Positions 15,096 through 30,437 of a stretch of DNA of 64,000 nucleotides are shown here, piece by piece; position 1 is the first letter of the stretch, and every line of letters begins with the position of its first letter. Origin of the DNA: the human T2T-CHM13v2.0 reference genome, Homo sapiens. The stretch lies in the NCBI RefSeq assembly GCF_009914755.1, contig NC_060936.1; one strand, written 5' to 3'. Under the pieces are notes generated by a model, which was given only the letters and a program-made list of their open reading frames with translations, was not told the origin of the DNA and made no database searches. Made by a program: the position numbers and the translations under genes.

Positions 15096-17164
15096 ACCAG
15101 TGACAATTTGAAGCAACCACAAAAACAAGTCTGCAAAATAACCAGCTAGCATCATGATGGCAGGATCAAATCCACACATAACAGTACCAACCTTAAATGT
15201 GAATGGGCTAAATGCCCCAATTAAAAGACACAGAATGGCAAGCTGGATACAAAGACAAGTCCCGTCAGTATTCAGTCTTCAGGAGACCCATCTCACATGC
15301 AAAGATACACATAGGCTCAAAATAAAGGGATGGAGAAAAATTTACCAAGCAAATGGAAAACAGAATAATGCAGGGGTGGCAATCCTAGTTTCTGACAAAA
15401 TAGACTTTAAACTAACAAAAATAACAAAAAGACAGAGGGCATTACATAATGGTAAAGAGTTCAATTCAACAAGAAGAGCTAACTGTCTTAAATATATATG
15501 TACCCAATACAGAAGCACCCAGATTCATAAAGCAAGTTGTTAGACACCTTCAAAGATACTTAGACTGTCACACAATAATAGTGGGAGACTTTAATATCCC
15601 TTTGACAACACTGGATAGGTCATTGATACAGAAAATTACCAAAGATATTCAGGTCCTGAACTCAGCTCTGGATCAAATGGACCTGATGGATATCTACAGA
15701 ACTCTCAACCCAAAAACAACAGAATATACATTCTTCTTATCACCACACAGTGCTTACTCTAAAATTGATCATATAATCCGAAGTAAAACACTCCTCAGCA
15801 AATGCAAAAGAACTGAAAGTATAACAAACAATTTTTCAGACAACAGTGCAATCAAATTAGAACTCAAGATTAAGAAATTCATTCAAAACCACACAACTAC
15901 ATAGAAATTGAACAACTTGCTCCTGGATGACTCTTGGGTAAATAATGAAATTAAGGCAGAAACAAAGAAGTTCTGTAAAACCAATGAGAACAAAGAGACA
16001 ACATACCAGAATGTCTGGGATGCAGCTAATGCAATGTTAAGACGGAAATTTATAGCACTAAATGCCTGCATCAAAAAGCTAGAAAGTTCTCAATTTAACA
16101 ATGTAACTTCACAACTAAAAGGACTAGAGAGCCAAGAGCAAACAAACCCCAAATCTAGCAGAGGACAAGAAATAACCAAGATCAGAGCTGAACTGAAGGA
16201 GATAGACACACACACATAAAAACAACAGCAACAACAAAAAAAAACCTTCAAAAAATCAATGTATCCAAGAACTGGTTGTTGAAAAACAAAAATAATAAAT
16301 AGATCACTAGTTACACTAATAAAGAACAAAGGAGAGAATATTCAAATAAACATAATGAGAAAAGATAAGGGGAATATTACCACTGACCCCACAGAAATAC
16401 AAACAACCATCAGAGAATGCTCTACACACCTCTTTGTAGATAAACTAGAAAATCTAGAAGAAATGGATGGATTCCTGGACACATACACCCTCCCGAGACT
16501 GAACCAGAAAGAAACTGAATCCCTGAATAGACAAATAATGAGTTCTGGAATTGAGACAGTAATAAATAGCCTACCAATAAAAAAAGCCCAGGACCCGATG
16601 GATTCACAGCTGAATTGTACCAGAGGCACAAGGAAGAGGTGATACCATTTCTACTAAAACTATTCCCAAAAATTGAAAAGGAGGGACTCCTTCCTAACTC
16701 ATTGCATGAGGCCAGCATCATCCTGAAACCAAAACCTGGCCGAGATACAGCAAAAAACAAAAACTTCAATATCTTGGATGAACATTGATGCAAAAATCCT
16801 CAATAAGATACTGGCAGCCTGAATCCAGCAGCACATCAAAAAGCTTATCTACCACAATCAAGTAGACTTCATCCTCAGGATGCAAGGTTGGTTCAGCATA
16901 TGCAAATCAATAAGTGTGATTCATCACATAAACAGAAGGAAAGAGGAAAACCACATGGTTATTTCAATAGATGCAGAAAAGTCATTCAATAAAAATTCAA
17001 CATCCCTTCATAGTAAAAACTCTCAGTAAACTAGGTATTGAAGGAACATACTGCAAAATAATAAGACCCATTTGTGACAGACCCACTGAAAAGGAAAAAG
17101 CTGGAAGCATTCCCCTTGAAAACTGGCACAACACAAGGATGCCCTCTCTCACCACTCCTATTCA

Positions 17165-17503
<339 letters not shown>

Positions 17504-18750
17504 TTATATATGAAAAGAGAAAGTCAAACCATCTTTGCAGATGAGATGATCCTATATCTGGAAAACCTCATTGTCTCAGCTCAAAGATTCCTAAGCTGAT
17601 AAGCAACTTCAGCAAAGTCTCAAGATACAAAATCAACGTGCAAAAATTGCTAGCTTTCCTATATGCCAACAACAGGCAAGCTGAGAGCCAAATCATGAAT
17701 AAACTCCCATTCACAATTGCCACAAAAATATCTAGAAATACAGCTAACAAGTAAAGTAAGGGACTTCTTCAAGGAGAACTACAAACCACTGCTCAAATAA
17801 ATCAGAGATGACACAAACAAATGGAAAAACATTCATGTTCATGGATAGAAGAATTGATATTGTGAAAATGACCATACTGCCCAAAGCAATTTATAGATTC
17901 AATGTTATTCCCATTAAACTACCATTGACATTCATCACAGCATTAGAAATGACTATTTTAAAATTCATATGGAACCAAAAAAGAGCCGAAATAGTCAATA
18001 CAATCCTAAGCAAAAATAACAAAGCTGGAGGCTTCACACTACCTGACTTCAAATCATATTTCAAAGCTACCGTAACCAAAACAGCATGGTTCTGGTGCAA
18101 GAACAGATACATAGACCAATGGAACAGAATAGCGAACCCAGAAATAAGACCACTCACCTACAACCATCTGATCTTCAAGAAACCTGACAAAAACAAGCAA
18201 CAGGGAAAGAATTCCCTATTTCATAAATGGTGCTGGGAGAACTGGCTAGCCATATGCAGAAAACTGAAACTGAACCCCTTCCTTACACCTACAAAAATCA
18301 ACTCAAGATGGATTAAATATTTAAATGTTAAACCCAAAACTATAAAAACAATAGAAGAAAACCTAGGCAATACAATTCAGGACAGACACAGGCAAAGATT
18401 TCATGATAAGGATGCCAAAAGCAATTGCAACAAAAGCAAAAATGGACAAATGGGATCTAATTAAGCTAAAGAGCTTCCACACAGCAAAAGAAACTATCAG
18501 CAGAGTAAACAACAAAACCCACAGAATGGGAAAGAATTTTTGCAATCCATTCATCTGACAAAGGTCTAATGTCCAGCATCTACAAGGAACTTAAGCAAAT
18601 TTACAAGAAAAAAATGACCCCATTAAAAGTGGGCAAAAAATATGAACAGATACTTCTCCAAAGAAGACATATATGTGGCCAAAAAACATATGAAAAAAAG
18701 CTCAACATCACTGATCATTAGAGAAAATGCAAGTCAAAACCACAATGAGA

Positions 18751-19084
<334 letters not shown>

Positions 19085-20272
19085 TCACACCGGTCAGAAT
19101 GTTTATTAATAAAAGGTCAAAATATCAGATGCTGGCAAGGTTGTGGAGATAAAGGGACGCTTTTACACTGTTGGTGGAAGTGTAAATGAGTTCAACCATT
19201 GTGGAAGACTGTTGTGATTTCTCAAAGACCTAGAGGCAAAAATACCATTTGTTCCAGCAATCTCATTACTGGGTTTATACTCAAAGGAATATAAATCATT
19301 CTATTATAAAGATACATACATGGGTATGTTCATTGCAGTACTATTCACAATAGCAAAGACACAGAATTAACCTAAATGCCCATCAATGATAGACTGGCTA
19401 AAATAATGTGGTACGTATACGACATGAAATAGATGCAGCCATAAAAAGGAACAAGATCATGTACTTTGCAGGAACATGGATGGAGCCGGAAGTCATTATC
19501 CTCAGCAAACTAACATAGGAACAGAAAACCAAATACCACATGTTCTCACTTATAGGTGGGAGCTGAATCATGAGAACACATGGACAGATGAGGGTGGGGA
19601 ACAACACACTCTGGGGCCTGTTGGAATATGGGGGCATGGGAGGTGGGAGGACGGAAGGCACCAGGAAGAATAGCTAGTGCATGCTGGGCTCAATACCTAG
19701 GTCATGGGATGATCTATGCAGCAAACCACCATGATGCACATTTACCTATGTAACAAGCCTGTACATTCAGCACAGGTACTCATGAACTTAAAATAACTGT
19801 TGGATATGAAAGAAAAGAAGAGAGAGATAAAGAAGAGAAAGGAGGAAAAGAAAAGAAAGGAAATGAAAAGAAAAAAAGAAAAGAAAAGGGAAAAGAAAAG
19901 GAGAACCTTCTACAGGAATGAGAATGAAGTTCAAAAATACATCAAATCTAACCCAAACTAAACATAGTTCTAATTCAACTCCTCCTTTTCTGTAACTCCT
20001 AGCCACTATCCTTTCACACAAGCTATATTGGAAGTATTGCTGGAGTAGAAAAATACAGTGTTCTTAACTTATTGCATTAAAATATATTATAATTTGTGTC
20101 ATCTAGATTTTTTTCATCAGTGTTTTGTAGTTCTTTTTGTAGAGATCATTCACCTCATTGGTGTATATTCACACTCCTAGGGGTATATTTGTAGCTATTA
20201 TAAATGGGAATGAGTTCTTCATTTGGTTCTCAGTTTGATCATTATTGATGTATAGAAATGCTACTGAGTTTA

Positions 20273-20575
20273 GGCCGGGCGCGGTGGCTCACTTCTGTAA
20301 TCCCAGCACTTTGGGAGGCCGAGGCGGGCAGATCACGAGGTCAGGAGATCGAGATCAACCTGGCTAACATGGTGAAATTCTGTCTCTACTGAAAATACAA
20401 AAAATTAGCCGGGCAGTTGGCGGGTGGCTGTAGTCCCAGCTACACAGGAGGCTGAGGCAGGAAAATATCCTGAACCTGGGAGGCGGAGCTTGCAGTGAGC
20501 GAGTGCCACTGCGCTCCAGCCTGGGTGACAGAGCAAGACTCCTTCTCAAAAAAGAAAAAAAAGAAAAGAAAAAAA
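20273..20575 (+). mobile_element. AluY
   Basis: 18-bp TSD agaaatgctactgagttt at 20254-20271 and 20576-20593. Confidence 0.92.
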
Positions 20576-21915
20576 AGAAATGCTACTGAGTTTATTCATG
20601 GACTTTGTATCCTGAAAGTTTACTGAAGTCATTTATCAAACCTGGGAGTGTTTTGGAGGCATCTTTAGGGTTTCTTTGATAGGAGGCCATATGTTAAATG
20701 AACAGATCTCATTTGACTTCCTCTTTTCCAATTTGGATCCCTTTCATTTCTTTCTCTTGCCTGATTGCTCTCGCTGGGATTTCCAGTACTAGGTTGAATA
20801 GGAGTATTGAAAGTGAGCACCTTGTGTTGTTCCAGTTCTTGGGGAAATGCTTTCAACTCTTCTCCATTCAATATGATGTTTGCTGTGATTTCAGATTATG
20901 TTACAAGGCTATAGTAACCCAAACACCATGGTACTGGTATAAATGTAGACACTTAGATCAATGAATCAGAATGCAGAACCCAGAAATAATGCCACAACTT
21001 CAACAAAGTTGACAAAGATATACACTGGGGAAAGGAAACCTTATTCAATAAATGGTGCTGGGAAAATTGGATAGCCATAAGCAGAAGAATGAAACTGGAC
21101 AGCTATCTCTCACCATATCCACAAATTAACTCCAGACTATTTAAAGAGTTAAATGTAAGGCCTGAAACTATAAAAATTCAAGAATAAATCCTAGGAAAAA
21201 TTCTTCTGGACATTGGCTTAGGCCAAGAATCTATGACTAAGTCCTAAGTCCTCAAAAATAACACAAGACCAAAAATAGATAAGTGGGACTTTACTAAAAA
21301 GCATCTGTGCAGAAAAATAAAATCAACAGAGTAAATGTACAACCCTACAGAATGGTAGAAAATATTTCAAACTCTGCATCTGAAAAATGGCTAATGTTCA
21401 GATTCTACAAGGAACTCAAATAATCTAACAAGAAAAAAACAAATAACTTCATTAAAATGTAGGCATAGGACATGACAGACATTTTCCAAAAGAAGACATG
21501 CAAGTGGCCAACAAAAAAGAAAAAAAGCTCAACATGACTAATCATCAGAGATATGCAAATCAAAACCACAATGAGATACCATCTCACACCAGTCAGAATG
21601 GCTATTCATAAAAAGTCTAAAAACAACAGATGTTGGCAAGGATGTGGAGAAAAGGGAACACTTATACACTGTTGGTGGGAATGTAAATTAGTACAGTTTC
21701 TATGGAAAACAATATGGAGATTTCTCAAATAACTGAAAATCGAACTACCATTCAATCCAACATTCCCACTACTGGATATCTACCCCTCCAAAAAAGAAAC
21801 TAATATATCAAAAAGACAACAGCACTTGTATAATGATCACAGGATTATTCACAATAGCAAAGTCATGGAAGCAACCTAAGTGTTCATCAACGGATGACTG
21901 GATTGAAAACTGTGA

Positions 21916-22014
21916 GATAGATAGATAGAAAGATAATAGATAGATATAAATATATTATATATTTGATATATAATGTAGATAGATAATGACAGAACAATGA
22001 TAGATATAAATATA

Positions 22015-22082
<68 letters not shown>

Positions 22083-22097
22083 TACACACACATATAT
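21916..22097. repeat. Compound (GATA)/(TA)n/(CA)n microsatellite expanded inside the L1PB
   Basis: Directly visible. Confidence 0.92.
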
Positions 22098-23059
22098 AAT
22101 GGAATACTACCCAGCCATAATAAAGGATGAAATCATGTCTTTTGCAGCAACATGGATGGAACTGAAAGCCATTATCCTAAGTGAAATGACTCAGAAACAA
22201 AATAAAAACCCACAGGTCTCACTTAACAAGTAGGAGCTAAACAATGAGTACACATGGACATACAGAGTGTAATAGCAGAGACTCCAAAAGGTAGGAGGGT
22301 GGGAGGGATGTGATTTATGAAACTATCTGTTGGGTGCAATGTACACTATTTGGGTGATGAGTACACTGAAAGTTCAGACTTCATCACTGCACAATATATC
22401 CATTTTTGGATGTTCAGCAATAAATTTTGTCATAGAAACGTAAGTACCTGTGAAAAAATGTGCAAGCACTTATACCTCCTAAATCTAGGAAAATAAAAGT
22501 AAATAAATAAATGAATGCATTACTCTTATTTAAAAAAATAAATTTAGACCACATGAAAATATTACAAATACTTTGCAATAAATACTCTTGTGGGTGAAAG
22601 ACTAAAAAACATGAGAGACTGAGCATTTATTTCTTTTCTATAGTATATCAGTCTCTTGAAGACATTTTTTAGATTATCTAAACAGAAGAAGGTTAAAGCT
22701 AGATAAATCTAAAATGAAACATTTTCTCACTGAACAATGAGTGTACATTCAGGAAGAAAACTACATTTGTTATAAAAAAATTATGGTTTTAATTTACATT
22801 TTATCCTTAATGTGGAGATTTTAAACATTAAGTACATCATTTAAATAAACTATCTGCCCTTCATCTTATCTCTATTAAAATCTTACTCTTTATTTTTTAA
22901 GATCTGACATAATTGCCAATTCTTTGAAAACTTCCCCGATCACCAGGGAAAATTGAACTCACCCAATTATGAATTCCAATGATAATGCTTTGTATCAATT
23001 TTCTGATACTAACTGCTTGCCCGTTTCTACTTTAGTTATTGGTTTATTTGCATTATCTC

Positions 23060-23150
23060 TAGGGTGACCATATAATTTGTTGAACTATTAAGGCCACCTT
23101 TGATAATAAAAGAGACAGCTTTTTAATTAAACCAGGATGGCAGGCATATA
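23060..23150 (+). mobile_element. MER96B-like hAT-Tip100 fragment
   Basis: Terminus tagggtgaccatataatttg. Confidence 0.5.
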
Positions 23151-23483
23151 CAATTATTCCTTGATATCCACAGAGGATTGGCTTCAGGACCCCAGTGGAT
23201 ATCAAAGTTCACAAATACTCAAGTCCCTGATATAAAAATGGCATAGTATTTACATTCAACCTATGCACATCCTCCTCTATACTTTAAATCATCTCTAGAT
23301 TACTTATAATCCCTCTTACAATATAAATACTATATAAACATCTGTTATTCTGTATCATTTAAAAATTTCTATTATTTTTGTTGTATTATTTTTATTTTTT
23401 TCAAAAAATTTTAATCAGTAGTAGACTGTATCCATGTGGGTGAAACTTTGAATGTGGAACCTGCAAATATGGGGGGCTGACTG
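23151..23483 (+). mobile_element. MER2 (non-autonomous Tigger)
   Basis: TA-flanked; caggacccc...tcaagtccctgatataaaaatggcatagtatt...gaacctgcaaatatggggggctgactg. Confidence 0.85.
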
Positions 23484-24783
23484 TACTTAGACTGCCTTGA
23501 GGAAACTGTACCTTTACCACCTGTATTTGAATGAAAGTATTTAAACTACATAGGTTAGAACTTTTATTTCTTTTTTCCTCTATGATACTTATCAATGTTC
23601 ATTAAAATAAAAAAGTTTACAGTGTTTGTTAGATGATTGCTTTATTTGTTAATTTTAGATACTTCCTTTTATTTGAATTCTAAATAGTTTATCTTTCCAA
23701 TTTATGGACAATAAAGTCACGACATGGACACAGTTTGTATAAACAAGAATTTCATAGACACCATAAATGAACAGAAATTGCTCAATGCTTGATTCGATAC
23801 GTATACACATTCATATATGTAGACATATGTCACAATGAACAAAGGTCACCTTGAATCCTGGAATAAATATTTCTTTTAAACTTGATGGCTTGCATACCAA
23901 ATTTGAAAGATTTGGACTTCAAAAAAGGGCAATGCCAACAAAATTTATTAGACTTAGAGAGATTAAGGAAAACAGGATTGGTTTAACACATTCCAGAGAA
24001 TTGTGATTATTAATTTTAATATCAGAACCATTCGTCATCTTAATTAATATACAAGAATATATTTCATATTTCTGTCATTAAAATGAACCATAAATTTTTT
24101 CCTGTATTTTATAACTTTAAAAAATGTTAAAGAAATTCAAGAATTATCAACAATTTCACATTGAATACATTTTCCATTATTTGAAATTCAGCTTAGATTT
24201 TGCATAAGATTATAATACAAAGTCCTGGATCCATTATATAATATTTTTAGTACTTTTTTTAGCTAGGTTTCATTCATTCAATCAAAATTGATAGTTGATT
24301 GTAATTCAATGGAAGTAGGTCACTCATTGTACTAAACTCAAAGATAAAATAGTGAATATAATATATTTAATCAAAAAGAAATATCATCTTAATAATCACT
24401 AAAAAATTTTTAATTGAGTTTCAGTTTTACATTTAGGGATTAAAACCTATAAACAGAATCATTAATTTTAAAATAATTGCATATTGTGCTAAATACAGTA
24501 ATAACACATTAAGTATAAACATAATTTTACTTGCTTTGAAAACAAACTTGGTTTTCAGTGGAATGAACTTACCCTATATTATAGCTGACCTTATTAGGTC
24601 AAATTGTATTCACTTTTCTTTAAGCTAGCAATTAATTTCAAAGCTTATAAGCTTCAGATTACTTTCTTTGGCTAAAAAAATTCCTTCAGTTATTTTCATA
24701 TTAAGTATTATGCTGTAGACCATATGATTAGCATGGACATAAAATTTTGAAATTAGGCCACAATAAACGAAAATACGTAATAG

Positions 24784-25651
24784 TGTGTAAGTCAGGGTCC
24801 CAGAAGGTGTGAAAGTTGCAGATACCAGGATGAAATTACTTTTAGAAGGCCCAAACTAAACAGGGCTGTGAAGACATCAAGGAGAGGAGGCTAGTGCTTA
24901 CATGTGTGAGATAAGAACTGTTTCCAAGGACTTTCTAAAATCCACAAGGAATCCCTTGACATTCTTTACACATCTCTTGCTATGCAGGCTTACACATTTT
25001 TGCACAGGTACTTACATTTCTACGACAAAATTTATCACTGAACATTCTTTAGGACTGTAATAATTAAGATAAAATGCTCTCAAAAGGACATTTGCCCAGT
25101 AATGTCATCTCCACCAACGAACTGAGGACTATTGCTTTGGTTCTTTGGAGTCAATGAACAATGTTTCTAAGCATTCTAAACAGCTTAAAGGCACCTCTTC
25201 CTTTTTGCTAAGAAAAGCTTTCCTTTACCTCTATCTCACTGGATGCACTTGTGACATCTTGTATTATAATCCTCATTTCTCTTTTTTCAAGTAAACTGAA
25301 CAATTTTGTGGATAATTTTCTGGATTTTAACAAATTTGATTGACACCAAAAACAGAAAGTACAATAAATTTGAATCAATTGAGGAGGGTTTTTTTTAAAG
25401 AGGCTATTTAAAAGGTTAGGAGTGTGACCACCTTTCATACAGAAACTTCTAGGGAAAGAGCTGCTGTGCTGCATACTCAATGTTTCTGTCTTCCTTCCCA
25501 CTACTCATCTGCTGGGGATTATTTTGTCCAAATTCAACTGGAAGTCAGGGGACAAGTGAGTCTGCTGAAACAGTCAATGCAAGTTCTTCTTTGAGGAAGA
25601 AGAGCCAGGTAGAGGCTGAATCTAAGGGAACAAATAGAAGATACATAGCAC
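24784..25651 (-). mobile_element. ERVL LTR41-like LTR, interrupted by an ERV1 LTR
   Basis: Minus strand reads caaagggatgaac|tgtgctatgtatcttctatttg (PPT + TG start) and continues cccctgacttccagttgaatttggacaa. Confidence 0.6.
24808..25335 (+). mobile_element. ERV1 MER4-group solo LTR (MER72-like)
   Basis: Start tgtgaaagttgcagataccaggatgaaa...gagataagaactgtttccaaggactttc. Confidence 0.65.
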
Positions 25652-25976
25652 AGTTCATCCCTTTGTTTCTCAGCATACACTTCTGTCTTTGTCCTAGGTG
25701 ATAGGTGTGTTCCCATACGGGAGACATATAAAGTCCCACAGCACATCAATTCAATAATACTTCCTTCTGAAACCTAAAATATTAATTATAATCAGTGATT
25801 AAGAAAGGAAAGCAGAAGAAACCGAGGGGACCAACAGGACTTAACTAATGCAAAATATGGCTACTTCTTTAGCTACTTAAAAGACCTAGGTTGGTGATCC
25901 TGCCTTATCCATAATACAATCCGTATTCTCCTTACCCACTGCCAGTAACTTTTCTGGACAGGGTTCATTAGTATGG

Positions 25977-26354
25977 GGCTATGGTTTGAATGTATCCCCT
26001 CCAAAATTCACATGTTGTCAGTGTGATAGTGTTATGAGATAGGCCCTTTAAGAAGTGTTTGGGTCTTAATCTGTTAATCAATGAACTCATGCTGTTATAC
26101 AAAGGACTTGTGAAAGTGGATTCACTTTCCTTTGCTCCTCTGCCACATGAGGACATAGAACTCCTTCCCTCTGGAGGATACAGCGTCAAGGTGTCATCTT
26201 GAAAGCAGAGAGTAGCCTTCTTCAGACACTGAACCTGCCAGTGTCTTGATCTTGGACTTCCCAGCCTACAGAATTGTGGGAAAATAAATTATTGTTCTTT
26301 ATAATTTATCCAGTCTATGTTATTTTGCTATAGCAGCACAATAAGAGTAAGACA
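25977..26354 (+). mobile_element. MaLR MST (MSTC/D-like) solo LTR
   Basis: gctatggtttgaatgt...ttgatcttggacttcccagcc...aataaa...taagaca. Confidence 0.85.
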
Positions 26355-26429
26355 TTAACTCAAGCCATTTTTCATTTACTGTGTCACTTTGAATAAGAAA
26401 TGGCTTGAGTTAACGTCTTACTCTTAGGT

Positions 26430-27570
<1,141 letters not shown>

Positions 27571-27659
27571 GTTGGAAAATTGTCAGACTGGAATGCAAAT
27601 CTGGCCCCAAGTGAAGGCCAGATATAAATATATAAATCCACTCAGTGCTTTTCTTTACA

Positions 27660-28500
27660 TTCCAGTTTCATAGATTTGATTGCATTCCCAACATCTCCAT
27701 TTGGATGTCTAATAGACATTTCAAAATTAGTGTGCATTTTACTCCCAAATCCATTATCCTACATTCTTTCCATGTTGGTTAAAGGAAATTTATCCTTCCA
27801 GTTATTCATATAATAAAATCGTTGGCATTATGCTTAACATTTCTCTTTCTCTCATGCATCACATATAATCCATACACATCTACCTTTGGTATATATCCAA
27901 ACTCTGACCACTTTTCAACACTTCCTAACAACCACTGCCATCTCTTGCCTATAGTTTGCAGTGACCTTATGTCTTCCTGCTTCCACCCTTGCTCCCTGAA
28001 AATTGAATCCCGATATAAGTGAGAGTGATCCTTGAAGAATGTAAGACAGATCATACCACTTCTGTCCTCAAAACCTTCCAATAATGTCTACCCATGATAT
28101 AAAGACTAAAAACCAGAACTTTTAAATTGCCTACAAAGCCCAACATAAACGATTTCCTTTTTGATTTCGCTTCCTACTACTCTTCTTATTTACCTTTTCC
28201 AAGACATATTGACTCCCCTTGCTATTTTCAAACTCAGGCATTTCTTACCTCAGAACCTTTGAACTGGTTTTTCCCTCTACTTAGAATGCACTTTACCTGA
28301 AGTGCTTGGTTTATGTTTTCTGATTCAACAATATGCTCAAATGTTTTCTTTTCAAAATGTGCCTCCAGACTGTCATTTAAAAAATTGCAGCCCCTGCTAA
28401 GTCATTATTTCCTCTGCTATGTTTTATTTTTCTCCATAGTACTTACCATCTTATAATATATAATAGATATATATATTTTATTTATTATTTGTCTATGTCT
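27660..28500 (+). mobile_element. L2 LINE fragment
   Basis: ctccatttggatgtctaatagacatttcaaa...cctcaaaaccttccaa. Confidence 0.75.
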
Positions 28501-28504
28501 CTTT

Positions 28505-28855
28505 GAAATGTAGATAAGTCTCCCAGCCTCTTGCAAGTTTTACAACTTAGGAAAAGTAAAATAATCCAGTAGTCTTCTCTTTGAAATATAATTATTGAAG
28601 AAGATATCACCACTACCTCCCAGCTTCTGTGGGAGATAGAAGCCTCAATTTAATATCTCCAACTAGCAAACACTGATGGCCTTAACACATTGACCAACTT
28701 TCCCCCTAATGTTCTACAATACTTTCCCACTAGCTCACCCCTCCCACCTCTTGTTTTGGCAGAGTTGAGATCAGTCTCTTTCCCCTATTGCAATAAAGTC
28801 TTGAATAAAGTCTTCCTTGGCTGTTTAACTCGTCCGATGCAATTTTCCTTTGACA
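28505..28855 (+). mobile_element. ERV1 LTR, MER31-like
   Basis: 3' end cctattgcaataaagtcttgaataaagtcttcc...tttgaca. Confidence 0.7.
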
Positions 28856-28859
28856 AAGA

Positions 28860-29997
28860 CAACTTCCAATCTATTTGCTTGATATATTTGCCTATTTAGG
28901 ACATTTCATGTAAATTGAATCATATAATATGTGGTATTTTGTGACTGATTTCTTTCATTTGTCATAAATGCTTTCTAGTTTCATCCATATTATAGCATGT
29001 ATCAGTACTTCATTCCTTTTTTCACTGCCAAGTATTTTGTTATGTTTGTGGGTGTATATGTATATATATCACATATATTTGTTTATTCATTTGGCAGTTG
29101 GTACAAATTTGGGTTGTTTTCACTTTTTGGCTAATATGAAAAATACTGCTATAAGCATTCATGTACAAGTTTTGAATGTACATATTTTCACTTTCCTTGG
29201 AGATATAGGTAGTAATGAAATTGCTAGGTCATATAGTTACACCATTTTAACATTTTTAGCAACTGCCAAATCCAGAGTGACTGCACTCTTCTACTAACAA
29301 TAGATGAAGGTCCTAATTTTTCCATGCCCTGCGAACATTTGTTATTATTTGGATTTTTTTATTGCAGCCATTCAAGTGGATGCTAAGTGGCATCTCATTG
29401 TGGTTTGATTTGCATTTATTTCCTAATGACTAACAAAAGTGAGCACCTTTCGGTGTGCTTATCTTCTTTGGAGAATTGCCTATTAAAATACATTATAAGA
29501 TGGTGTTTTTATTGATACATAATATTTGTACATATTTATGGGGCGAATGTGATATTTTGATGCATGCATAGAATGTGTAACGATGAAGTCAAAATATTTA
29601 GGATTTCCATCACCTTGAGCATTTGTCATTTCTTTGTGTTGGGAACATTTCAAATCCTCTCTTCTAGCAATTTTTAAATATACACTATATTGTTGACTAT
29701 ACTCACTCTACTGTGCTATTAAACATTTGGGCTTATTCTTTTATCTAGGTACCAATTTACCAATCTGTCTTTATCCCCCCAACCCTAACAAACACACACC
29801 CTTTCCAGCCTCTGGTAATTTTCATTCCACTATATCTCCATGAGATCAACTTTTATAGCTCCTAAATATGAGAGAGAGCATGCAATATGTATCTTCCTAT
29901 GTCTGGCTTATTTCACTTAACATAATGACCTCTCTTGTTCCATCCATGTTGTTGCAAATGACAGGATTTCATTCCTCTTTATGGTCAAATAGTATTT
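28860..29997 (-). mobile_element. Two antisense L1M fragments (L1MB-like 28860-29490, L1MA-like 29505-29997)
   Basis: Typical antisense L1 3' sequences. Confidence 0.75.
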
Positions 29998-30002
29998 GTT
30001 CC

Positions 30003-30437
30003 TTTTTTTATTTAAGTGAAAGCAAAGGAATAAAAGAATGCCTACTCCATAGACAGAGCAGCCCGAGGGCTGCTGGTTGCCCATTTTTATGGTTATTTCT
30101 CGATGATATGCTGAACAAGGGGTGGATTATTCATGCCTCCCCTTTTTAGACCATATAGGGTAACTTGGCTTCTTTACTGCAACCTGTTTTATCAGCAAGG
30201 TCTTTAGGACCTGTATCTTGTTCTGAACTCCTATCTCATCCTGTGACTTAGAATGCCTTACCTGTCTGGGAATGTAGCTCAATAGGTTTCAGCCTCATTT
30301 TACCCAGCCCTTAATTAAGATTAACCTGCTCTGGTTCAAACGCCTCTGACCAATTTCCCCACTCCCTTTTATAAGAAAACCCTTATCCTAAGGGTTGCAG
30401 AGGGACGAAGATCCATATTCTATAACTTCTTCAGACT
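30003..30437 (-). mobile_element. MER41A LTR (internally deleted, lacking U5) plus ~85 bp of adjacent internal sequence
   Basis: Minus strand gtcagaggcgtttgaaccagagca...aaaaaggggaggcatgaataatccacccc...gcagccctcgggctgctctgtctatggagtag. Confidence 0.85.

Larger units (their letters stand above)
20093..22512 (+). mobile_element. 5'-inverted (twin-primed) L1PB3/4-like element; inverted part 20093-20888, sense part 20887-22512
   Basis: An antisense RT segment abuts sense ORF2 3' sequence; 3' UTR cagacttcatcactgcacaatatatccat. Confidence 0.85.

Noticed and set aside
19590-19655. G-quadruplex-like G runs (also 59896-59935)
   Set aside because: Standard L1 3' UTR G-rich tract
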